NCBI GenBank assembly: GCA_045837725.1
Contig: JBEWZL010000227.1
Location: forward strand, 248,001-312,000
Reading direction: 5' to 3'
Origin: Vermamoeba vermiformis
Taxonomy: Eukaryota
DNA length: 64,000 bases
Below the pieces are notes generated by a model. That model was not told the origin of the DNA. It ran no database searches and worked only from the letters and a program-made list of their open reading frames with translations. Of the stretch, positions 12,901 to 23,652 are shown in pieces. Numbering within the stretch: the stretch's first letter is position 1; every line of letters starts with the position of its first letter. The position numbers and the translations under genes are program-made.

Positions 12901-15900
12901 TTTGAGCACAACTCTTCCATCAGATCCGGATCGCTGACGGATTGAGCGGCAACGTTGATAGGTTGTTGAACATTTTGCATGACATTGCCCCAAACATCGC
13001 GAACGTTTTCGAGTTGGGCATCAGCGTCGTTGACCAACAAGAATTCAGCGGCCTTATGACTGAATTGCAAGGCAATAGTTAGCGGTGATTGCTGGCTCTG
13101 TGACACTTTGTTGACAATTTCTTTCTTGGACTTAGGAGCGGTCTTGTCAATGTGTTCGACAAACAACTCAACAAATTCCACACATTCAGGATTACGGCAT
13201 GCCTGCACCAAGTATTACTAAGAATATTCTAATATGAGGCTATCAAATAAGGTACTTACGTTGTGAAGTGCGTTCTCGTGCTGCAAGTTGAGGTCTTCGA
13301 CTTTAGCACCGTGCTTCAAGAGTAACTTGGCAGCATCAAGGCGCTTGCCAAGAACAGCCAAAGAAAGAATAGGAATGGTGCAAGTAGACAAGCCGTCGTT
13401 GTGGTTTTGATGATTGATGGCAGTGAGTTTGGCTCCGTTAGCAATCAGAATTTCCATGATCGTGGTCCAGCCAAAGTAAACGGCGTAGTGCAATGCAGTC
13501 ATTTTCTGATGAAAGAAAAAAACGTTCATAAGTAAGAGTTTAAATATAGTTAGTTTGAGCTTACGTTATCCCAGTCCTCAAAGTTGACGTCGAACTTCTC
13601 CTCGTCAGGACCTTTAGGCTTCTCTTTGACTTCCTTTTGTTTCTTGAAGAAGCCCTCGCCGTCGCCTTCGTCATCATCTTCGCCATCACCATCTTCGTCG
13701 TCTTCGCCTTCGCCTTCACCGTCTTCATCTTCTTCCATTTTGTCCTCATCTTCTTCGTCTTCACCGTCGCCGTCTTCATCGTCTTCTTCCATTTTATCGG
13801 CCTTCTTCTTGGGTTTGCCCTTCTTGCCTCCAGCAGCGGCGGCAGGTTCGTCTTTCTTTTCGGGCAACTTCTTGCCGTGTTCAACGAGCAAGTTGACAAT
13901 GTCTTCGCGACCGTACTGAGAAGCCAAGTGCAAGGGAGTGCGGCCGTCATTCAAACGCGATGAAATCTTGGCACCAGCGTTCAACAACAACGCAGCGCAC
14001 TCCTTTGCGTTAGCGTAGACAGCAATATGGAGCGGAGTTCTTCCGACCGGATCGCGTGCCTCGACATCGGTACCTTGAGCCAAAATACTACAAAGGACAT
14101 TAATACATGCTAATTAAGTCAGATTGGTCACTTACGCCTTAACGGTGTTGATGTTGTTCGAGTTGACAGCAATGCAAAGCTGTTCGGTGTCAGGTTGGAA
14201 GTAAGTACCCTCAGACCAATCACCTTCAGTGATAGGATGGAAACTGCCAATAGATTGACGACCAGGGTCCAAAGTGATCCACTTAAGGTCACCATCGACG
14301 AAAGGCCAATCGGGATCTGACAAAAAAAAAACATGTTAAAACATCGTGCACAAGACACTTGACACCTCCTTACCTTTTTCGGCTTCAGGGTTAGGAGGAC
14401 AAGAACCGCAGCAATCCTTGACAACTTCTCCGATAGTGCCGAAGAAGCAAGGATGGGTGTGGATCTTCTTGTTAGGGTCGTACCAAGGACTGTTCAAAAT
14501 CAAGTCCTTGCTGTACATCAACTTGCGGATACGCTCAGCGTCCCAACGAGGACCCCAAGGCAAGAACACGCACTGAGAGACGATTAGCGATAAGAGTTAG
14601 ACTATGCAATTACTTACGGAATAGTCGGAGGCGTTAGCACCACCCTCTTGCTCCATACGCTCCTTTTGCCAAGCATCGCTCTCGAATTGGCGATTGAGTC
14701 TTCGCCAGTATTCACCCTATCAAATAAAATATCAAAACCAATTCGAAGGTGTCATGTTGACACGTGTCATTCACTTACACGCAACTCGAAGCGACCGGGA
14801 CGCAACTTCTCCAAACGCTGTTGTTCCTTAAATCTAGTACGAGCCTCGGGAGTAGAAAGCTTCTCCAAGAGCAACAACTTGGCCAAGCCGTTGACATTCT
14901 CGAACTTTCGCTCGAAGATCTGAGGGTTGACGCGACCTCTGTTCAACGAGGGAACGGCGACGCAAAAACCACTAGAAAGTCAAACTTATGAGCTCACAAT
15001 GCTACAAACAATTGCTAGGCGTGCTTACCGCTCGCTGTATTTGGCCAAACGCATTTCGTAGGAAGGACTGCGTCTGCTCATATCAACAGTATTGATGCGA
15101 CGAACAATGGCACGGTGAGCACGAGGCACCATCATGACGTTCTTGCCGTTGTAACCAATAGCGCAGCAATCAACATCAAAGCCCTAGGTAATGATTAGCA
15201 TTGGGCCTTCAGAGGATCAGATCCGCGGCCTACCATCAAAATTTCAGCAGGAGACTTGTAGAGACGAAGGACGATTTGAACGTGTCTGTAAGGGTATCTG
15301 CTAACAAGGGTGATGGCGTGCTTGCTTCTAAAAGCGATTGACTCGTACGGATTCGTATCCGAGATCGTTTGGAAGACTTGCTCCAACTTCTTGGTACCCT
15401 CTGCGATTGTAGTTAGCATTTGATTAATCAATTCAGTCGCCTTACCTTCTTCGTCCAAACCATAGATAAAGATATCAATGTCAGAGCTCTTGTAAGCAAC
15501 GTTGTGGTAGTAGTGGCGGATGCCAGCGTTTGACGAGGCGTACTTGGCAGGAACAGGGAGTAAGCAAGCCAAAACGGAACCTGCGTAGTAAACGTTGTTT
15601 TAGTGGGTGCTATGATGGTCAAGACAGAACTAATACCTCCAGCCACAAAGACGTTATTCCAATCCAGATCACGAAGTAAACCTTCAGTGAAGACATTGAA
15701 GCAGCGGTTGAACTCCTTTCTGTCATTGATAGCAAGGTGACCAACAGGAGGTTTATCAGAAGCGAAGACCTTGGGCTCTTGTTCCTGCAATTTAAAGTTT
15801 AGACTTTGCACAAATTTTGCTTGCCAGAAAATTAAAGCGCCACACCAAGAATATAAACAGGATATTGTTTGATAATATTTGTCAAGATAAAAGGGCTTTG

Positions 15901-16409
15901 AAACGACAAATAGAAGATGAGTTTTCTCGTGAACCGTCACTTCCCGCCCAAAATAATTAATTTAGAGGAAATCAGAGGAAATATTTTACAACATCGCCAC
16001 GGCTGTCTATTTAAGCTTGAACTTACTTCTTCAGGGGACAACTGCTCGATTTTAAAAACATCTTCATTTTCGTGTGCGGCAATCAAAAGTAGGTTAGGAT
16101 CGGACAATAAATCATTGTCTCTGTCTTGCGCAAAAAGCTCTCGATACCTAAGAGTTGATTGTGTTAGTAATGTAGTATTTAAAGCAATTTTTTGCGAATT
16201 TTTTACTTGTTCTCTTCGGCTGTAATTTCGAACTGAAGTTGCTCTTTGGATTCAAAGTCGGTTAGACCTTTGTATCGAGCCACGTAGTCTTGGATATTCT
16301 TGAAGACAGGGAAGTTGAGTACCCTGGCCTTCTTAGGTTGAGGAGCGTCCACTTTCATGGGCACGACGGCCTGCTCCTCTTCATCAGCGCGCTTTCTCTT
16401 AGGAGGCAT
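9969..16409 (-). CDS. Large multi-exon protein: N-terminal nucleotidyltransferase-like domain, acidic tract and many ankyrin repeats
   Basis: Starts MPPKRKRAD (NLS-like). Contains DWNNVFVAGG(SV)LACLL...SDIDIFIYGL...HVQIVLRLYKSPAEILMGFDVDCC...RRSPSYEMRLAKY. Ankyrin motifs GRTPLHIA, GRTPLHLA, GETALHMAA, GWNALHF, GDFPLHMSA. Ends YGDSDEESDD*. Confidence 0.85.
13655..13800 (-). repeat. Coding low-complexity Asp/Glu/Gly tract
   Basis: KMEEDDEDGDGEDEEDEDKMEEDEDGEGEGEDDEDGDGEDDDEGDGEG within the ankyrin gene. Confidence 0.8.
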
Positions 16410-16605
16410 TGTGTTGATTGCTAAACGAGACAGATAAGAATGAGGCGAGGCAGACCGACAAAAGATTGCTTGATGATCACGTGGGGCTCCCTGATATTTT
16501 CCCTATTTTGTGGGATTGCGCAGAACTTACCTCGACACTTGACACTTCTTCACATTATTAATAGATATTAGATATTTATATACATAACATGATCCTCTCA
16601 CGGGA

Positions 16606-19263
16606 TTACAAGTCATCGGTAATACGTTCAGCCGTCAATTTCGCTGACAACAGGACCAAAGGTAAACCAGATCCGGGATGCGTAGATGCTCCAGCGAAGT
16701 ACAAATTATCAATGCTATCGTGTTTGTTTCTAGGGCGCAGATAGCCGACTTGCATAAAGTTGTGACTAAGACCGAAAGTGGCTCCCTTTTCCAAGTTGTA
16801 ATCGCGTTGCCAATCGAGCGGTGTGTGTGACACTTCGTTGGTAATATGAGACTCAATATTGTCGCCAATCAACTTATTCAATCGCTCAATAACATACGCA
16901 CGAGCCTTATTAAAACGATTTGTGAGTTGTGGTACCCGGGTCCCAACTGTGCATGATTTTTAGTCCTTACCTTTTGTCTAGTCTCCTCCCACTTCTTCGG
17001 GTTAATGTTGTTAGTCAAGTGGCCCACGGGTACTAAGACCATCAAGGAGTCTCGTCCTTCAGGCGCGACAGTCGGATCTGATCTCTTGGGTGCGTTCACG
17101 TAGAAGCTAGGCTCCTCGGGCAAAGTGTGGTCTTCAAAGATTTGGTCGTAGCTCTTCTTGTAATCGCCGTTAAGGAAGATATTGTGGTGACGGATCTTGT
17201 CGTAGATCTTGTCACAGGCCCAGTAAAACATGATAGTGGAGCTCGTGTAAGCCATCTTGTCGACCTTAGGAGCTTGAGGATCGTTCTTCAGCATGTATTT
17301 GTAGACCCAACTATCGCAAATGTCAGTACGGGACAAACACCAGTGGAAAAAACTTACGGCAAGTCAGCGTTAGCCACGACAATGTCAGGGTTGTTGAGGC
17401 GAGTGCCGTCTTTGAAAGTCAACAACTCAACCTTCTTAGTACTGGCGTTGGTCTCGATTTGATCAACCTCCTTGTTAAACTCGTACTTGACGCCGAGTTC
17501 CTTGCCAATGTCATACAGCGTTTGCGCTATTTGATACATGCCACCTTTAGGGTACCTGCAATCATCTCGTTAGATGCTAATCCTCGCTTTGATGCTACCA
17601 ATTGCTTACCAGACACCATCTGAGTACTCAGTGTATTGAAGAAGAGAATAAGTTGCCATAGCCTTATACGGGGACAAGCCCAAGTACATGTTTTGGAAGG
17701 AGAATGCTTGACGCAACTTCTCGTTTGAGAAGAATTTACTGACGTAGTCGTAGAAGTTGTTGAAGACTTTCATGCGAAGCAACAATGGCAACTTGAAGGG
17801 GTTGAAGTAGGCCAAAAAGTGCTTGAAATTTCTGCCGACGACGTGCATGACAGACCACGAGAAGTGGAAGTGTCCTTCTTTCAAGAATTGCAAGAAGTTC
17901 CTATTTATCGACATTACCTTCTATTGCACGATAGTATAGCTATTAAACGTACTCGTAGCTTCCAGGCTCAAGTTGTTCGAGGGTTAATTTCATCTTGTTC
18001 ATGTCGTTCGAAATGATGACAGTTTCGTTATCCTCGAAGTGAACTCCGTAAATAGGATCGCATCTGATAAGTTCCATGTAGTCCTATAAGATTTCGTTAA
18101 CAACTTTGACTACATTAGATGCCCAGATCTTACGTTAATATTGCGACCGAGATCTTTGTAAGTTTGAGCAAAGAATTGAGGCATAAGCATCAATGAAGGA
18201 CCAACGTCGAAGCGATGGCCGTCCTTTCTAATGATATCCAAGCGACCGCCTATTGCGTAGAAGTTTAGAAGCGGAACGGGGAAATCAACAAATGTGAGTG
18301 GTCGCGTGACTTACCGACGTGATCTTTCTTCTCGTAGACAGTGACGTTGAATCCAAACTTAGCCAATCTGGCGGCAATGGCAAGTCCTCCAATGCCAGCA
18401 CCAATAACGCTGACTTTTCGCTTGCGGGTGAGTTCAGGATTAGCTGCGAGTTTGATCTTCGTGTTCAAGTGTCCCCACAGCAGATCGAAGTTGAGTTCGA
18501 CTAAGTAGATGCCTTGAACAATAACGATGTTGGTGATAGCGAAGAACACGGCTTCTTCGATCGGCAAAGTGTTGAACAGCTTGATCCCGGTAGAAGTTCG
18601 CTCGGTGATTGACCAAGTGCCAGCGTTGATGGCGATACCATCAGTGATCCAGTAGAATAAAGTAGGAATAGTTGTAGCAAGCGCAAGTCTTCCCAAAGCC
18701 TTCGACTTCAAGATCTGGCGCATTCCAAGAATAACTTGAATGCTGATAAATGCCAAATAATAGACCACAATGGTTTTGAGGTAGAAGTAGTTCTGGTTGG
18801 AAGTGTTCAACATTACGGCGATGGTAGCCATAACAGCAGCCAAACCAATCTTGTTCGAGAGACCTTTGCCCATCCGGAAACCGCTCTTTCCTTTGGAGAA
18901 TTTCGCGACTTCGTCTTCTTGAATAGACTCGACTTGATGAGGAGTCATAACAGCAAAGTACACCAATGACGTAATCAGCGTTTGAATGCCAAAGAAAAAG
19001 TATTCTTCGTAGGGTACATCCAGAAAAGTTCCAATGACTGGCTTTGATGAGTAGCCCCAGACGCCATTACGTACTAAATATACGTCCCAAGGTGTTGCTG
19101 CTGCGTAGACTACGGCCAATAAGACAGACAACGTAGCCAATCTGATGTAAGTAAATCCACCTCGCGCGGATGCTGCTACACCAGCAATGATGAGCGCTGG
19201 AATAGTAAATATGAGATGGAATCGAGCGTATGTCAACTCGAATGAATTATTTAGTTCGTTCAT
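16606..19263 (-). CDS. crtI: Lycopene cyclase (membrane CrtYc/d type) - phytoene desaturase (CrtI) fusion, about 7 exons
   Basis: Exon 1 has two cyclase repeats (TPWDVYLV..GVWGY..VPYEEYFFF; ITDGIAI..GTWSI..LPIEEAVFF) and continues in frame into KVSVIGAGIGGLAIAARLAKFGFNVTVYEK. Later exons give GGRLDIIRKDGHRFDVGPS, AFSFQNMYLGLSPY, GVWYPKGGM and LYFAGASTHPGSGLPLVLLSAKL. Confidence 0.93.
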
Positions 19264-19651
19264 TGTTGGACGTAAAAATTAATTATAAACAAAAAAGTCT
19301 AAAATTTTTTCGCTCTTATTGTCGCAATTCGGATATTTTAACACGTGTAAGCACCTCAGCGCTCGCGACGTAGCTCCTTTTGACTACTTTAGTCCGATTC
19401 ACCGCTGCCATTTGTGAATATTTTGTGCAAATAAGTCAGATCCAAATAAAATTTCGTTAATTTTAGACTTTCTGCGGCAATGTTAAATTAATCATGTGGT
19501 TGGCTTGCTGAGCGGAAGACTAACCTCCAAGATTTCCCGCTGTCAAAGCCAACTATGGTAATGTCGCTGCAGAACGTTTCCGAGCGCGACGAGCAAATAA
19601 AAATTTTTTTCGATCCGGCCAAGTTAGTTTAAACCATTATTTTCGCCGAGA
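19264..19651. promoter_or_regulatory. Putative bidirectional promoter between crtYI and crtB
   Basis: Head-to-head ATGs 388 bp apart. Function inferred from geometry only. Confidence 0.5.
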
Positions 19652-20785
19652 ATGAACGCAACGCCTTCTGTATTAATATCTAACCACTTTACGAGTACGC
19701 CAAAAGCGGACGCCAAAGTGGATTCGGATCTGATCATAAAGAAAGCCAGCAAAAGTTTCCACTTTGCTTCACTGCTTTTGCCAGAGCGGATTCGACCTGA
19801 CATCACCGATTTGTACGCCTTCATGCGTTACTTGGACGATCTTATTGACGAAGACGAGCTCAGCATCGAAGAAAAGCGCTACGTGGTCGATCAGTTTTGT
19901 CCGCTCGTACCAAAGGATGCGCAACGAAAGCCGTACGAACTGAACAAAGATATTATGAACAAATTCAACGCATTGCAGAAAAAATATGGATTTGGCAACG
20001 AGATCCTCATGCTCTTCGTTGAAGGCTTGTATTGGGATCTTGAAAACAAGGAGTATAATTCTCAACAAGATCTCGTTCAGTATTGCATTAGAGTGGCTGG
20101 TACCGTTGGATTGTTCTTATGTTATATTATGGGGCGTAAGGACGAATATACGCTGTATTACGCGTGTTGCTTAGGTAAGCCCGATTTCAGATGTGACAAC
20201 GAAGAAAATTTGATTTGATTGCTGAATATTGTAGGAATTGCTATGCAACTTACGAATATTGCTCGCGACGTTGGAGAGGATCTTGACCGCAACCGAGTCT
20301 ATTTGCCGCGTGAATGGCTCTCAGCAGATTTGAAGCAAAAGTTCAGCCGATCAACCAAGTTAAACATTGCAGAGCTGTCGAACAGTGATCGAGAAAGCTT
20401 TGCCGATGCAACCTATCGTTTGTTATCGTTAGCAGACTGTTATTATACTGTTGCTGGTGTCGGAATCGATATGCTGCCTCAAGATTGCAGAACTTCGATC
20501 AGGACTGCCTCGAAAGTGTATCAAGAGATAGGCAACGAAGTACGAAAAAATAATTATAATTCGCTCGATCAACGCGCTTACGTGGCATTTTGGAAGAAGA
20601 TCTGGCTGTTTTTGCAAATCGTGCTCATCTCGTACATAATGTTTTCCTTGTTGGGCTACGTGACGTTAGACGATATTAACGACATCAATCCGAAGACTTT
20701 TGCTCTTATTGACAAGCCTGCAGTGCAAGAAACGGTTAGAATGGTCATGTTTGGTGCGCGACCTCCCACAGGCAAAGTGATGTAA
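19652..20785 (+). CDS. crtB: Phytoene synthase (2 exons) with C-terminal hydrophobic segment
   Basis: SKSFHFASLLLP, LYAFMRYLDDLIDE, YCIRVAGTVG, GIAMQLTNIARDVGED, RVYLP; intron at about 20175-20234. Confidence 0.92.
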
Positions 20786-21252
20786 TTGTAACGCTTGAAT
20801 AATACAATAAACGATGTAAATATTAGATAGTAATTTGCGTAGTATTATACCATCATGTTCTGCGATAAAATAGAAAGCAGAAAGCGTGTTTCCGTTGCAA
20901 CAACGGATTCGAGATTATCTTGGCTTGTTTAACTCAAATAATTACCTAATTATTATGGCCATCAAAGACACGTGCCCAAATTATTTTACCGTGAACGACT
21001 GCCTTTCAGCTCGATCTTCGTTTTTGGCGGGATTTGACCGGTGCCCAAGCCGAGTTCCGCACCAACGTATAGCAAAAGAGAATAACGCGCTTAGGTGAAG
21101 TTATTAATCAATCATATTGCCAGCGTGTTGGGGTCCGTTTCAATTTTCAAATAAAAATCAAACAAGAAGGCGAAATTTGATAACTTTATTCTTCAGCTTA
21201 TTCGCCTGTGATCGACCACATTAGAGCTTGATATTAATATTAAATAATCAAG

Positions 21253-23164
21253 ATGGGCAATTGTAACAAACCTGGTAATTATTCAATAATACTGCAGATT
21301 TGTAATGGGATCGAGAATAATCTTTTTCTTATTCTTTTACGATAGAGACGGATACGAGCTCAACGACAATTCAAACACAACAGCAACAACAGCCTAAAAA
21401 TGTGGATTAGTATGCAAATATAATTATTCAGCTAATAATATTTAATTTTCAAAATAACGGATTCAAGTTCATAATTAGTCTTGACGGTATATTAATCGTT
21501 ATATATTTTAGTGATTACATGTGCAAGCTACTATTATTAGGTATGTAATTTTTGATCCATGTAGAACACGAAGCTAAAAATTGCTGCATCCATTTCTTAT
21601 GGGAAGACCGTTGGAAACTTCTATTAATTTGTTCTCTTAATATCTTTAACGCTAATATTTATATAAAGGCGACTCTGGTGTTGGAAAGAGCGCTCTAATG
21701 ATGAGATTTGCGGTAAGTCAACGAAACAACGGATCAGCAACAGACCGATCAGATCGATTATTCTGCGCTATTGGCTTTATAATTTAAATTAACTTATAAT
21801 ATAGCATTAGATCAAAATTTCGCCTTTATTAAACAATTACTTTCGGTGGCAGCCTCGAGACAATTATTAACTTTTTTTCTTTAGGAAGACGCATTTAAAG
21901 GAACATTTATTAGTACCGTTGGCATTGACTTTGTAAGTAATTAATTAATATCGTTATTATTATAGTTTCCCGAAGCTTCTTTCCTACCAAAGTTTAGCAC
22001 GGGATGCGAACACAAAAAAAATGTCACAATTAGGACCCTAATTGTAGACAAAAGATCTTCATAATCAAATAACGCTTAGTGAATATAATATAATAACCCA
22101 TAATCGAACAACGGTCTCGATATGACAGATCCGCTATTTTAAGGGTTGCATTATGAATCTCATATTTTTCTCTTGCAGAAAATGAAAACAGTTAATATTG
22201 GAGGCAAACGCGTTAAAATTCAAATTGTAAGTATACTTAAGAATACACGAAGAGGACATTTGACATCAAATCAGACTATAATTTTCTTTCTTCCCTTTGC
22301 AAAAGAATACGCTCAACAACATTGATTCTAACGTGTTTATTATTATAGTGGGATACTGCTGGCCAAGAACGATTCGTAAGGACAAAAAGAATTGATTTTT
22401 TTTCCAATAATTGTGCATTGATGAACACGTCCAACTAACGTCCATTATTTTCACGTACAGCGAACAATTACAAAGACATATTATAGAGGAGTAAGTAGTG
22501 CTCGGCATTGTTAACATATATATACCTTTGATTATGATATTTGATATATACATAATAAGTGATAGTGATGCGAAGTGGTGGTAGATCTTGTGTTTCGTGT
22601 TCTTACAGAGACGTTTTATATTATAGGCTCAAGGCTACGTATTGGTATTTGATATCACAGCCAAGGACTCGTTCGATCACGTCAAGTACTGGCTCGGAGA
22701 AATTAAAAAGAACGGCAATGACTTCGTGCCAAAAGTGCTCGTGGGAAACAAATCAGGTACGTCTTCAGAATCATTTGCAACGTGGTGATAACGATACGTA
22801 CACGTGTTGTATATTGCATGACACGTGTTCGATAAAAATTTATGCAAATTACATCGAGATTACGTTTTCGTTCCGTAACCGATTGACTAAATTTTATTCG
22901 TAAAGATTTGGAGGATAAACGAATGGTTAGTAAAGAAGAGTGCCAGGTACGTCAAATATACATATATAAACACTTCTATATGACTGTATATAAATATTCT
23001 ATGCATAGAAATTTGCCGAAGAAAAGGCGATCCCGTTCGTAGAGGCCAGTGCGAAGGACGGAAACAATGTGCAGGAGCTGTTTATCAACCTCACAGAACG
23101 ATTTATCTCTAGTACCCAGGCCCAAGAACGTACCCAAGAACGGGCGAATGAAGAGAGCAAATAG
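21253..23164 (+). CDS. Rab1/Rab8-like small GTPase (about 11 short exons) with atypical termini
   Basis: Spliced protein: [114 protein letters not shown]. Confidence 0.9.
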
Positions 23165-23652
23165 ATAGCGACTTCCCGTTTAAGTAATTCCATACCGTAA
23201 AAACACATCCCGAGAAAAGCTAACAAAATTTTTATCTCATGTCCAGATTTTAATTTTATTAGCTTTTCTTATCATTATCTTTCTATTAGTTTATAGCGAT
23301 CTTGCTATTAGATTAATAGACTAAGATTCAACTCTCGCGATCTTGTTACAAGATTCGCAATTTTTTGTCTTTCATACCTGTAAATAAACCATTATATATT
23401 AACATTTGATCGTTAGGTCCTTAATTAGTTAGCACTAAACAGAAGCTCCTTTGCGTTCACATCCTCCTGAACTTTACACTTTGACGTTAGTTTGATTAAT
23501 TAGACTTGCTATATTTAGGCCGTTGTTTGCGGACGAAAAATCCAACTTTCTGGTCCTGTTTTGCATTTCACTTTGCATTAGAAGAGAATAAGAGAACTCG
23601 TTGCTTTGGCTCGTACGTGGATCTTTAAAGAATCGAAATCCAGCGAAGAAGC

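Noticed and set aside
13561-13963. Ser-rich, Phe-rich and Lys/Thr-rich ORFs
   Set aside because: Antisense or alternative-frame shadows of the acidic tract in the ankyrin gene.
18265-19263. Stand-alone 332-aa cyclase or rhodopsin-like membrane protein
   Set aside because: The ORF end is intron read-through; splicing after KDHVG continues into CrtI. The motifs are cyclase-type and I saw no retinal-binding lysine motif.
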